This document shows, in pieces, positions 12,464 through 25,668 of a stretch of 64,000 bases of DNA; positions within the stretch are counted from its first letter, which is position 1, and every line of letters begins with the position of its first letter. The DNA comes from Leucoraja ocellata (lineage: Eukaryota). The notes beneath the pieces were generated by a model. It was not told the DNA's origin and made no database searches. It was given only the letters and a program-made list of their open reading frames with translations. The position numbers and the translations under genes are program-made. The stretch spans positions 372,001-436,000 of the forward strand of contig JAWMAR010000245.1 in the NCBI GenBank assembly GCA_036785375.1, in the 5' to 3' direction.

Positions 12464-14863
12464 CATTCAACTGGAGTTATTTTGGGAAATAGTCTCTACC
12501 CAGGGTTGAAAGATATCTGTCTGTCATAAAAACATTATACTCTAAGTTAGAGATACACTGATTGCCACTGGGTGATATATCACATGGAGATGCAGGAATC
12601 ATCTGTACAGGGTCCACAACTTAGATAGATAGCGATACTGCGGCCTACACCATCTTGAAGCCACGGTCTCCGGTAGGGAAGCACCGATTCGGGACTCACC
12701 TTGCCTGCACATCTGGCCGCCCGCAGCGGCGACTACGGAGGTTTGTGGTCCCGACCACGTTTGAAAATGGAGAAGGACTGACTGAACTTTGTGCCTTTCA
12801 CCACAGTGATGAATGCTGTAGTGGATGTTTGTGTAAAATTTTTATTGTGTATCATGTGTTTTTTATTGTACCGCTGCTGGCAAATTCATTTAGTACAATG
12901 CAACGCCCTGCATCTCCTAGTTCAATTCCATCTGCCATTCCTATACCTCTTTCCCCACTTCATCTCGATCCTGTTGAAATCTTACAGTATGTCGAATGGT
13001 TTAAAACTATCCAAGGATGGAGGAAGCACAATTCCCCACAGGCTGTTGGACCTGAACCCTGACATTGTGAACAATAACAATAAACACAGGCAGCAAAATC
13101 AGATGAAGTAGATCTCTATTCATTGTAGACATAAGGAACTTCAAATACTGGAATATTGCATAGAGCACAAGAACAGTATCTCAGCTGGTCAGGCAGCATC
13201 TTTGGAGCACATGGTTACATTTTGGGTTGAGAGGCACCTGCATTTATTCCCCCATTTTAGGTCCCTTCTCCATTTACTGTGGTGTATTGCAACATTAGAG
13301 ATGAATGGAACATGCAGCACATGCTGATATTCAAGGAAGATATTTTCCAGGAGGTAAAGCAATAGAAGAAAGTTACAATATTGCCTCGTCCAGTTAAGAG
13401 ATCTCAGTTCATCTTTGAAAAAGCAGAGAAATGGTTAACCACTGAACAAGAGCACGTCAACATTTGCTAAGCATGCAAACCTTCTAGCTATGCGGAAACA
13501 TTTATTTAGATTGTTAAATGCCAAGAGAAGCAATCTGTTCAGAAGAAATTAGCCCGTCTTCTTTTCTCGAAATATCTTTGCAATTAAACTGCAGATTTTG
13601 TTGTTATATGGGAAAGAATCATTAAGATGCAAGCCCATCTACAAGCCTGACATCCAAAACAAAGTTATTAGACAGCAGCCTACTGTTCAACTCCTGGGTT
13701 TTCAAAAGGCAGTTGCAGCAATGAGTTCAGTTCTGTCAATAGCGTTCCAAAATTTAAACCACTATAGAAAAGGCAAGGGACACTTAATACTACAGGAACA
13801 AAACCCTTCTGAATCAGAGACTTCAGGGAACAAACCAACTAGTACTGTTTGCCAACTTGTAGTAATGAGAGTAAAAAAGCATGCAAAAGAGAATACGGAA
13901 TTGAAAAAAAAAAAGTCAGGCAACATCTCTGGAGAACATGGATAGGCAAATGATTCAAGTTGGGACTCTTCTTCAGACTCATTGAGTTATGAAGAAACTG
14001 ACTCTAAATAATATTACCAAATATGAAAAAAATAGAAAATAAGGAATTGTCAGAATTAATTCATGCAGTTGGGAAAAGGATTGGTGGCTAGTAAAATTGA
14101 AACAGTGAACGAATCTCTTTGCAAATAAACTCTGAAGATCATGTGCTCAAATTGAAATGCTTAGAGAAAGGTAGTTGAGCCACCATTTGTAAAGAGAATT
14201 GAGATTTGAGTTGTACAGTACGGTGACACAACCAAAGCAATCCATAGCCTATAAATCACACGATAGAGCAGATTAGTAGACAATTCCAATGCAAACATCA
14301 GCAGAAAAGCAAACCATAACCAAAGCCACCCAAACTACAGCAATCCCAAATTGAAAGAACATCTAATTCCAACAGGAACATGCCATGTTCAAAGAATGAC
14401 TTCGTGGGCAAACCAGATGAAATGATTTTATTTGGTGGAGACTTTGTGCTTATTTAACTATTCACATTGGAGCTTTATCCAGACTTAATATATTGACAAT
14501 GTTCAGCTTTTGAGGTGGGAGATGAATCACTAATGAATTAAAATCTGCTATTCCGATGAATCACAAAATGAACCCTGGTTGACCTAATTAATTGTTTTAT
14601 AAATCCCACTTTGGAGTAAAATTAGCTTTGTAACAAAGACCATATTTCATCGTCCTGAATACTCTGAAGTAGCATGTTGTAAGAGTTGTTGTTGGTGGGG
14701 GGGGGGGCGGGGGGGGATGATTGAATGGTGGAGTGGACTTGATGGGCTAAATGGCTTCATTCTGTTCCTATTTCTTTTGGTCTAAAAATTCTTATGGTCC
14801 TAATTTCTTGCCTTTGATTTTCTTCATTTTAAATAATTATCTCCTCCTGGTTTAAAAGACATT

Positions 14864-15230
14864 ATAGACAATAGGTGCAGGAGTAGGCCATTCGGCCCTT
14901 CGAGTCAGCACCACCATTCAATGTGATCATGGCTGATCATCCACAATCAGTACCCTATTCCTGCCTTTTCCCCATATCCCCCGACTCCGCCATCTTTAAG
15001 AGCTCTATCCAACTCTCCCTTGAAAGCATCCAGAGAACCGGCCTCCACCGCCTTCTTAGGCAGAGAATTCCACAGACTCACAACCCTCTGTGTGAAAAAG
15101 TTTTTCTTTATCTCCATCACAAATGGCTTACTCCTTATTCTTAAACTGTGGCCCCTGGTTCTGAACCCCTAACATCGGGAACGTGTTTCCTGTCTCCAGC
15201 GTGTCCAAACCATTAATAATCTTATATGTT
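14864..15230 (-). mobile_element. CR1 3' fragment
   Basis: Reverse-complement match to 9480-9860. Confidence 0.88.
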
Positions 15231-15573
15231 CCAGATGGGCACTTGCCATCCCATGTTCTTACATCGTTGCATATATCACAATTAACCATCTCCCTTTAAT
15301 CCGCTAGAATTACTGATTAGATACTAATTCTGAAAGCAGTGACAATACCGTACAAATTCTGAACCCCTATTTTATCCTGTTTACATTTTCATTTCTTACT
15401 TTTCTCTGCGGGTTCGTTAATTGTGCAACACGAAGAGTCTGGCAATAAAATACTTTTGTAAACTGCTTTTTGGGTGGAAAGAAGGTAGATTGTGCATCTG
15501 CCAGCAGAGGTAGTTGGCCTTGTCCATGAAACAGGACCAGCTTGTTAATAATATTTAAATAATATTTTGTTAA

Positions 15574-15747
15574 AGGGCCTGTCCCACTTGGGCGATATTT
15601 GCGCGTCATTTACTTGACATTTAAGCGTCATGGCGCACGCAGGCCGTGCATTTACCTGGCGCGTGGCGAGACGTGGTGGCGTAGGCAGTGATGCGCGGTA
15701 GCGCGCGGCTCCCCAGGATTTTGGGATTCCCAAGTGGGACAGGTCCT
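15574..15747. mobile_element. PIF/Harbinger-like MITE
   Basis: TIRs AGGGCCTGTCCCACTTGGG / CCCAAGTGGGACAGGTCCT; TAA on both flanks; CpG-rich interior. Confidence 0.85.
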
Positions 15748-16934
15748 TAAGTATGTGTTGGAACGGTGAGTTCCCAGAGGTGACATTTATCCACACCAGA
15801 ATTTTACATGTCATTTTCTCTTGAAGTTGGGTGGGAGGGAGGAGAGGGATGAGAGCTGCCACAGGAAAGTAGGGAGGTGGGAAGTGACACCAGCCCAACC
15901 TTGGTTTTTGAAGTCAGCTTCCACAAAAATATGAGATCACTTAAGGCAATTTAACATTTTCTCCAAAAGGATTTCAAATTAATGATATGCATCAGGAACG
16001 GGTATGAATATTCAGTCACTTTATGTAAAATAACCTTCGCATCTATTAAACATGAAGCCTGGTGTGAGTTTGGGAACAGTTTGCGGATTGATTCCTACCA
16101 AATTACAGTACAGTTTGCATTCGGACAATATAAGATACTGCCTTATGCCTGATAATTTACAGTGCCTGCTATGGCATCTACCGTCATAGGCCTGTACAAA
16201 TAACAACATCAAATCACAAATAAATGTAAAAAAGAGAGAAAGCAGCAGTCAGCTACTTCCTGGTGGATAAACAGCCAAAGGGGCAAATGAAGGGGTGCAA
16301 GTTTAGGTGAAATAACAGCAAATTTGTTAGAGAATCTACAACAAAACTCTGAACAACTTTGGCCACAAAATGATATGTATTGCAGGATATTTTGTGGGCA
16401 ATAAGAACTTCTCAAGAAAAGTATAACCATCTGATTTTTAATGATTATGGACAATTTTAGACTAGTACTTTTATAGGGGTTCAGTACAAGTCATTCATCT
16501 ATGATGGGATAAAATCCTTGTAGATTCTGGAGAAATGCTGCTGGTACAATTCCTTGTCTATGTAGATGAAGGATGTACTGTATTTTAGATCAGTTACCAT
16601 TACTTGTGGATCATTAAAAGAAATAGAAGCAATTGTAGGTATTCAGTCCTTAATATTTGCTCTTCATTTGATTAAATTCAGACCTTTTGACTCAACATTA
16701 CTTTCCTGCAATAATTTTATATTACTGAATTCCCTTAATAACTAAAAAGCTACTTATCTATGCCTTGAATATATTCACTGACTGAGCCTCCACAACTCTC
16801 TTGGGCAAAGAATTCCAAAGATTCACTGGCATCTGGGAAGGAATTTCTTGTCCACTTGATCCTGAATGATTAAGCCGTTGCTTTAGGAATGTGATCCCTA
16901 TTCCTGGCGTCCCAGTCAGGGGAAACATCTATTT

Positions 16935-17170
16935 CAGGTCAAAACATAGTGCTGCAGGAACTCAGTGGGTCAGGCAGCATCTTTGGAAGGAATGGACAGA
17001 TTATCTTTCAGGGTCTTCGGAGAATTCTTCAGACCCTTCTGCGTCTAAAGAGGGGTTCCCAACCTAAACAGTTGCCTCGTCCATTCCTTCCAAAGATGCT
17101 ATCTGACCCACTGAGTTCCTGCAGCACTTTGTTTTGCACAAGATTTCATCATTTGTACTCTCTTGTCTCC
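16935..17170. mobile_element. Diverged PLE-derived fold-back element
   Basis: GTGCTGCAGGAACTCAGTGGGTCAG / CTGACCCACTGAGTTCCTGCAGCAC arms with a decayed hammerhead centre. Confidence 0.75.
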
Positions 17171-19175
17171 ATGATATCAATATCAAATCCCGTAAGAATT
17201 GTCTATGTTTGAATGAGATCACCATTCATTCTTCTAAACTCGAGACCGTATATGCCCAGTCTGTTCAATCTCTCCTTCTGCAAAAAACCTACATCACAGG
17301 GAAAAATAAACTGGTCGTATTTTTTGTCAGTTATATTAGAGCTCCAAAGTGAATCGAAAGTATTAGGGAATAGAACTCTGTATCTACCACCCAACGATCA
17401 GATTACAGCAACTTGGCAGTGACTGAAATATCTTTTTTTTTGTTTTGTTTTGGTCCAGTGTTTAACTGCCAAAGATAATTAAGACTTGCAATATTTTAAT
17501 CACCTTGATGTTTCTTCTATTCCCTTTTCCCTTTGTGAAATTCATTCTCAAGACCACTCAACAATTGTGCAACTCCATTCTGGTTTACTGGCAAGAACTT
17601 TACAGAGAGGACATTTTTTTTCCCAACCATGTCAAAAGCTACAGAGGTCAAATAGGATTAACTCAAATGCCACTTCACCATAATAGTATTGCTGTGAATA
17701 ATCGTTTTATCAACATAGAACAAAATAAGGTGTTTAATTTGGATCAATGGACGAAACATGTAGCATCAACATAGCATATGCATATATCCAGGGAACATTA
17801 TTACGAGGCTGGGAGAGGTATAGATCTTGGTTTTATTGAGCACAAGTTCCTTATGCTTCAAGGACGATGTAGACAAATGGTAGTCATGTTGAACAAAGCA
17901 ATGGATTTATTTAATAGGTCCTCAGTATGAACAGAAGGATTGAATTTTGACTCCAATGTGGCTCAGTGCCCAATTGGCTTCCCCACGTGGAGACTGGCAG
18001 AGGGGGAAAAGTCTAATGGAGAACCATTAGAGTGATTCATGGTTTACTGCAATTCTCAGATATGATCAAGGACCTTGTCTTATTTACTTCTGAGTGCATA
18101 GATTTTAAAAAAATCCACGAGAGTCCATAAAATAATTAAAGGGCTGGATAGTTCCTAGTTTCACATTTATTCCAGTTTAACAGACAGGGAAGGAGTAGAA
18201 GGTGGTTCAAACCAAGTATGAATAAGTATAGACTTGATGTGAGACAATGCATGGAAGTATTTTCTATAGAATTAAGAGTTACTGGAATACGTTGTCTGCT
18301 GTGATTAGTAACCACATCTTGCTCGTCTTCAAGAGGAACCTGGCCCGGTTCCTGACTGGAGCAGAGATTCGACCCTCAGAAGGTAAGAGTTTTTATAGGT
18401 ACCATTTGATTTCAATCACTTGAGTGGATTAAAGAGTACTTTTTTTTTTCAGCAAACTTTCCCTCATTGATCCTGAAACTTTAAAATGTACTAAAAATCA
18501 TGTGTGTTTTAGAAGTGAACCCGGGGTGGGGGGAGGGAGGGCTGAGGGAAGAGGCATGTCGTCTTGAGGGTTCTGTGGCCATGAATTTGTGTAGACTTGA
18601 TAGAACAATTAGCCTTTCCCTTCTTAATAATTCTGCATGTTCAGCATAATACCAGAGTGGTGTTTACTTATCGTGCAGTGTGGAAAGCATGACTACGCAG
18701 ACTTTAATCTAACATTCAGGTCTTGAAGTTTAAGCATTACACTGGCTGCTGTTAATACAAGGTCAGGTTTGAACCCTTTCATTTCCCTCATTAATAAGAA
18801 GATGGATAATTTCCAAGAATCTAATTTTATCTCACTATATCTTTTTTTAGACCTAATTACGTATCATGTCTTTTATATGAAGTGCCACGGATGGTTCTGT
18901 CTGACTACCTCTCTTACCCTTGTATATGATCCTCCCTCTCCATATGTCTCACTTTGTTCCCTTCAGGCCTGACTTGTTCTGTATGTCTAGATACGTTGCT
19001 GGTTACTTGACACTCCCAGCTGTCAAATATTAAGAATAGAATTCAGCACTATTCCCAATCCTCATGTGAAAAGTAGAGAATGGCAGAAAAGGATGGGTGT
19101 AATCTAGACTCCAATCACCAATGAAAGTTCTCTCATTGTAGTTTTTCTTACCTTGTGCAGTTCAGTCTTCAATGT

Positions 19176-19371
19176 GTAGGAAGGAACTGCAGATGCTGGT
19201 TTTAACTGAACTGACACAAAAGGCTGGAGTAACGCGGTGGGTCAGACAGCACCTCTAACAATACGGAATGGGTGACGTTTTGGGTCGAGACCCTTCTTTC
19301 TGAAATTCACCCATTCCTTTTCTACAGAGATGTTGTCTGACCCGCAGAGTTACTCTCTCTTTGTGCATATC
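19176..19371. mobile_element. PLE-derived fold-back element
   Basis: TSD TTCAGTCTTCAATGT at 19161-19175 and 19372-19386; diverged arms. Confidence 0.85.
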
Positions 19372-19799
19372 TTCAGTCTTCAATGTTTTTGATTTTCAAA
19401 AAAGAGCCATTTAAATCAAATAGGTTTCCAGTGCTCTATTAATATAGATTCATGGAAAAATCCAACCTACATTTAGCAGCATAAATCATTATGATTTGTG
19501 GTTGTCAAAAGCAGTGCTGTCTTTAATTGGATCCATGCATTTCCCCCCACCTTCCTCTTGAGGGTTAAACCCTTTGTAATGCCCAGTTTGGGAATGTCTG
19601 CAGAAACTGTACGGAGCCCTACAGATTTCTCCACAGATTCCTGCTACTATCGCCATTTTTGACTGCTTCCTTTCAAATTGCAGTATTAACTCTACAGAGG
19701 AATTATGTGACTGACAAAACAGTTGTGCAGCACAAACTAATCTAGAGCATGAACAGAATCGTCATATTTAATCTGTATCTGCATGAAGTGGTTTCCATC

Positions 19800-19922
19800 A
19801 CAATGCTGGAATGACTCAGCGGGTCAGGCAGCATCTTGTGAGAACATGGTAAAATCTAAAGGCAATCCATGATCTCGAGAAATCCTGCCTGACTCGCTGA
19901 GTTACTCCAGCATTTCGTGTCT
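19800..19922. mobile_element. Short PLE-derived fold-back element
   Basis: AATGCTGGAATGACTCAGCGGGTCAGGCAG / CTGCCTGACTCGCTGAGTTACTCCAGCATT. Confidence 0.75.
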
Positions 19923-20049
19923 GAATACGAGTAATATGGATTGTATCTGCTTAAGAAATATAAATGGAATTTCACACATCTGTCATCCATCTTTAAATGG
20001 GACCATAATCTGCTGTGATTATACTATCAAAGATGAGTTGTTTCTCCTA

Positions 20050-20413
20050 AACAATAGACAATCGGTGCAGGAGTAGGCCATTCGGCCCTTCGAGCCAGCA
20101 CCGCCATTCAATGTGATCATGGCTGATCATCCACAGTCAGTACCCCGTTCCTGCCTTCGCCCCATATCCCTTGACTCCACTATCTTTCTATGTAACGCTT
20201 TCTTGAAAACATCCAGAGAACTGGCCTCCACAGACTCAGAGTTCTCTGTGTGAAAAAGCTTTTCCTCATCTCCATTCTAAATGGCTTACCCCTTATTCTT
20301 AAACTGTGGCCCCTGGTTCTGGACTCTCTCAACATCGTGAACATGTTTCTTGCCTCTAGCGTGTCCAAACCCTTAATAATCTTATATGTTTCAATAAGAT
20401 ACCCTCTCATCCT
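20050..20413 (-). mobile_element. CR1 3' fragment
   Basis: RMRGYLIETYKIIKGLD...SRTRGHSLRIRG on the minus strand. Confidence 0.88.
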
Positions 20414-22515
20414 TAAAAGACACACATTCTTTCAGAATAAAGATACTATGTCTTTGTTCACACACAAGTCAGAAACAATTTTCCAGATGGGATAAATGCA
20501 CCACCTGTCCAGTGACCATGCTAACCAGAAATAACCAGGTTTGATTCCCAGTCTGTTAAATTAATTGGAAATGAGATGCTATATTTTTCGCAGCCTTCTG
20601 GGGCTTTTGGAGACAGTGGTAGTAAAGTGCAATCAAGTGTTCTGTTCATCATCTCCCTCCAGTGATCCTTGTTGGAAAGTGCACATGCTGACATTAGGTC
20701 CATGCATGATACTTAGCTGTCATGCATGATCAAATAACTCACTGACCCAAGCACATTGTTACCCGTCACTGTGGAAGCAGTCTTCACCAAAGGAGAATTC
20801 TTTACAAGAGGAGCGATTTAAATCACTCGCCATTCCTTCAATTCTTTAACAACCATGTGATAACATTGAGTTATAGCTTTACACAAAAGGGATATATATA
20901 TATAATGTATTATAAAATTTCTGAGATTTGATTTTACTGTAACCTTAGTTCCTATTCAAAAATAACTTTGTACGGCACTTCTAATAAAGCAACACGTTCC
21001 AATCCAATTCACAGAACATCTCAGATAAAAGTTGATGCAAAGCCACAAGTTACTGCGTAGTTAGCCAAATGCTTGGTCATAGGAGCTTATTGCAAATAGT
21101 ATCTCAAAGAAGCGTGTTAGAAAGGTTAGTGGTCGGATTTCCAGACCTTGGTAGCTGGTATATGATTTAATTTGGGCATGATCAAGAGGCCAGAATTGAA
21201 TAAACAGATTTCTCCAAGGGTCATAGGACTGAAGGAGATTGCAGGAAATATCATAAGGTGTGGCAAGGCTATTAAAAGATTTTAAAACATTGTCCTAATG
21301 CAAAAATGTAATATTAAGTGTTGCCTAACCCAGGACCAAACTGAGGCTACTCGTACAAAGTTCTTGCGTAGAGAGTTATTGGTGGGAATTAGAATATAAG
21401 TAGCAAAGCTTTATATAATTTCAAACATAAAATAGAATGGGGAAAGTCAGCACACTGTGCAAAATACTCACTTCAAGGTACAACTGCTTTGATATGAGAG
21501 TTTAGTAGCCAATGACCTAGAACAGGGTTGAAGTCCTCTAATGTTGCAGATGTAGAAATAGATGGGTCACCACTTGGTCAGTTGTGACACCAAGGCTCTA
21601 AACATGTCTGGTCAGATCTGACAGTAAAATGGATGGTCTGCAGCAGGGAATTCAGTAGCAGGAGAATTAAGTTTGTGGTGTTGATCAAAATCAATAGCTT
21701 TTGTCTACCCCTGTCCAATGCCAAATAGTTTATGCTATACAACTCGAGTTTCTCTCTCACATTTGCTCCATATTTACTGTAATTTGCAAAAAATGTCACA
21801 TCAGATATAACATGCCACAAATCGATTGACTCCAGAAATTGGGCAATTCCTCGTTGATGAGGATCTTACAGCATTTTATTTGCCCGACTTAAAATAAACA
21901 AGAATTATATTTTCCTTAAAGTCGCATTTATTTTTCTTGTTCAAATTATTTCTGAATCACTCAAGTAACTATCCTCTGATGTCACTTGACAACTTGCTTG
22001 TGTACTTCCCACTTACTCAGTTACACATTTTCTCTCCAAAGCTTTCCTGATATTCTTGGGGTTATCAAGTTACTGACTTACGTTGGTAACATCACAATTA
22101 CTAAAAATGTCTCTTTGATCTATATTTTATGATAGGCACACCCTACTTAGTATGCGTGATCTGTGATGTTAGCTCTGTACTTTGATTCCCAGATCATGAA
22201 ATAACCATTCAGCATGGAATAATTTGTTACAAATGAACCTGTATCCATAGAATATTATGACCATCTTTATTATTAAATTATAGCCCAATATTATAAAGAA
22301 GGGGGAGGTTTAACTGGTGTTCATAATTCAACAGCCTGACAATTATACTAATTTATACATTTGTTCTTTGATCCATTCATACTAATTACATCCACTTGAA
22401 CTACTGGACATACTAGCGAACTATTCCCGAAGTTCCTGTATGAACAAAATATATGTGCCCCTCAGGTTACAGGAGAGGGGGTGGTGTATTTCTAGAACAT
22501 CAGATGTACTACAGT

Positions 22516-22690
22516 GGTACACAAAATTGCTGGAGAAACTCAGCGGATGCAGCAGCATCTATGGAGCGAAGGAAATAGGCGACGTTTCGGGCCGAAACCC
22601 TTCCTCAGACTGATGGGGGGTGGGGGGGGAGAAGGAAGGAAAAGGGGAGGAGGAGCCCGAGGGCGGGCGGATGGGAGGGTGGGAGGACTA
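22516..22690 (-). mobile_element. PLE 3' terminal-repeat fragment (single arm) with intact hammerhead motif
   Basis: Contains the family arm plus GGAAAAGGGGAGGAGGAGCCCGAGGGC...GGATGGGAGG, which matches the 3' UTR directly after the GIY-YIG stop (40358-40400). Confidence 0.85.
22578..22610 (-). ncRNA. Minimal type I hammerhead ribozyme motif
   Basis: Minus strand gt-CTGAGGA-A-GGGTTTCGGCCC-GAAACGTC-gcc: CUGANGA core, stem II, GAAA, palindromic ACGT in place of stem III, GUC cleavage triplet. Confidence 0.7.
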
Positions 22691-22871
22691 CAAACCTGCT
22701 GTAATGCAAACCTGTATCATCTGTCCCTGCGTTAAGGAATTTGAGAAGAAATGTGGAAGATAAATTTTGTGTTGATTTATTTACATTTTTTCCATGAGAG
22801 CCAATTTTATTTCATCTCAAAATTTTGGCAAGTGACTTGTGAATATTGTCAGGACAAATTTCTGTAATGCG

Positions 22872-22966
22872 GGATAGACACAAAATGCTGGGGTAACCCA
22901 GCGGGACAGGCAGTATCTCTGGAGAGGAGGAGTGGGTGATGTTTCAGGTCGAGACCCTTCTTCAGA
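22872..22966 (-). mobile_element. PLE terminal-repeat single arm
   Basis: Family arm ending GTTTCAGGTCGAGACCCTTCTTCAGAC. Confidence 0.75.
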
Positions 22967-23851
22967 CGGGAACGGAGGATGCAGGAGTTGCCTGTGTTAA
23001 CAACATTGACAAATCTGAAAAGAGACGCTGGTAAAAAAGTATTTCCCCATTTCTTTCTCCTTGCCACATTTAAAACTGGTTTTGTCAATCATCATTCTTC
23101 AATTTCGCATATTATTGTCAAATGGGGGCCTTGGTGCTGTCGCCTATGAGCTGACCTTCCCTGCAAAGAATTACTCAATCTTTACTTCCTTGTCTTGAGG
23201 ATTTCACATCAGTGTGATTAGAACACCACATTCTGCCTTGCCTGCATTGCAGCTTACAAGGGAATACCCACTGTATGTTCAAGTCTGATTATGTTTAAAG
23301 ATCAGTCCTTTTGGTTTTCAGATCTACAGGTTCAAAATTATTTTCAGCAAAGGAAAATAAAAACCAAATCCTGTACACTGTTGATCAGCAGGGTGAAAAG
23401 CACATAACGTTTTGGGATGATACCTTTGTATTCTGATGACCAGAAATGTTAACCTACAGAGCACTCTCAGATGTTCATCCTCTCGGCTATTGTATCATAT
23501 GCACGAATATTTAAACTATATATTAACTATGCATATTCTACCTTAACAATCAACCTAATGAAAATATTCCTTTAAATGATACGAGCTATATTTTGAATCA
23601 AACAAGGATATCCACCCAGACTGCACCCGCTGAATTTCTCCAGCTTTTTTGTGTACCAAGGATATCCAACAGTTCTGGTTAGCAATATTTGTCATGAACA
23701 GTGAGCATTTATTCTCTTATAAAGGTGATCGGACTTTTTTTTTTAAGCCTACTACCTGGCTACCAATCTCTCTAATTAGAGCAGACATGAAAACAATCGA
23801 AAACCTAGCCTATTTAATATTGGAATCAGCAACATTTCTTTGTATTGAAGA

Positions 23852-24001
23852 NNNNNNNNNNNNNNNNNNNNNNNNNNNNNNNNNNNNNNNNNNNNNNNNN
23901 NNNNNNNNNNNNNNNNNNNNNNNNNNNNNNNNNNNNNNNNNNNNNNNNNNNNNNNNNNNNNNNNNNNNNNNNNNNNNNNNNNNNNNNNNNNNNNNNNNNN
24001 N
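23852..24001. other. Assembly gap (150 N)
   Basis: Run of N. Confidence 1.
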
Positions 24002-25534
24002 AGTTTTAGTAAAGGTTATTTCTATAAACAAAATAATAACAATTTCCCCAATTTCAACCATTCAGTTTTCAAATTACTCTAAAGGCATCTGGTGGCAATT
24101 GATTATAATTAGTCTTAATATTAAAAATAATTCACTTGATTTAATTATCAATTTTGAAATCTGGAAAAGTTACAATGCAGGATGGATTTTGTGGTTAACC
24201 ATTTCTTCCATGGCCCGAATAGTTTCACTGAACAATGCAACATTTTGAACAGGCATATAGAACCGCATGTTGATTTTTTGCATTACAAGTAATTGTCCTC
24301 ATACCCTGTAAAATAATATGGTATATTTGTAAAAGCAACTAATTTCTCCATTTCCTATGACAACCTCATCAATTCAATTCCACTATATATATCATATGTA
24401 TATATGATTTGGATAAAACTCAGGTTGCCAATACTGTGAACAACAGCATTACTGATGGAGGCATATTAAGTTTTAGCCTTCAGTGGAAGCTGGATCAGTA
24501 TCTGAAAAGAAAGAACTTGCAAAGCAATGAGGTGAGGGTGGGGAACTGGGTCCAAGTAGATTGGTGTAATGTGGAACTGGAGCACGTGTCTGTTCCAGGT
24601 CAAATGACTTACTTTGTGATATAACCATTCTGTAATGTAATAGGTGTAATGTCTCCACTAATGTATCACAGTTTTCACAAACAGTGCCACTGTGACCAGG
24701 TACACAATACTATGACAAGATTATTCAGTATCATGGAATACCATTGAAATAAATTAACAATTAAAATCAAGTTGTGCGTAGTTTAATTTTGTGATTTGGA
24801 TCTCCTCACAATACTGATATGGTACTTCTGTTCTTTAATATTATCATGTTAAAATGAGGTATTTTTGCTGCAGTTGTTACAATGTACAGAAACCTGTTAA
24901 TCTGCCATGATTGACAATGTTACATCTCAATTATCAGAATCTACATTGAATTGTTTTAAATTTCTCATGGGTAGCCTATAGCCCCATCACTCAGGATAGA
25001 TTGCCATTAGGTGTGAATCACCAAGCTATTCCGCAGTCTTCCATAATTAAGGAGTGGTTTCACATCTTGTATTTTTCTCTAACTCTGGATCCACCTTTGT
25101 CTGATGAAGTTCAACCTAAGGCAGCTTGTGGGTGGCAGTAAATAGATAGATGGGGCATCTTGGTCACCAAAGACAGGTTGGGCTGAAGGGCTCGTTTCCA
25201 TGCTGTATGACTCGAAGACCACGATCCGCTCACTGCCAACTAACTTGCCATATTTCTCTTTCATTTACAATAATAATCTGTAGTGGTTGTGAATTGCCAT
25301 GCCACATTTTTGGTGTTAATGGACACGTTAAAAACACTGAAAACGTTAGTATGAAATGGCTGTTTGAACAGAATTAATTGTTAGCAATGGATTGATTGCA
25401 TGATCTAGTTTGGTATAAGGCAACAGCATCATGGCCTAAATAAGTACATGTAATCTATTTAGTATCCTTGTAAGGACTCAATCCCCTGTCTGCTATTAGC
25501 TGAAGGTCAGCACTAGGCACAGAAATGTTGGCTA

Positions 25535-25668
25535 TTTTCCCTTGTGGCTAGGGGGATCAGGAGAAGGCAGCGAGATACTGAGTTGGATGATCAGCCATGA
25601 TCATATTAAATGGCGGTGCAGGCTCGAAGGGCCGAATGGCCTACTCCTGCACCTATTTTCTATGTTTT
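25535..25668 (+). mobile_element. CR1 3' tail
   Basis: Matches 9715-9860. Confidence 0.8.

Noticed and set aside
13300-14450. A-rich stretch with a 115-aa ORF, faintly gag-like
   Set aside because: No convincing motif and many stops; cannot be supported without an HMM search.
23649-24248. 199-aa ORF spanning the gap
   Set aside because: Artefact of reading through Ns; the flanks show no recognisable domain.
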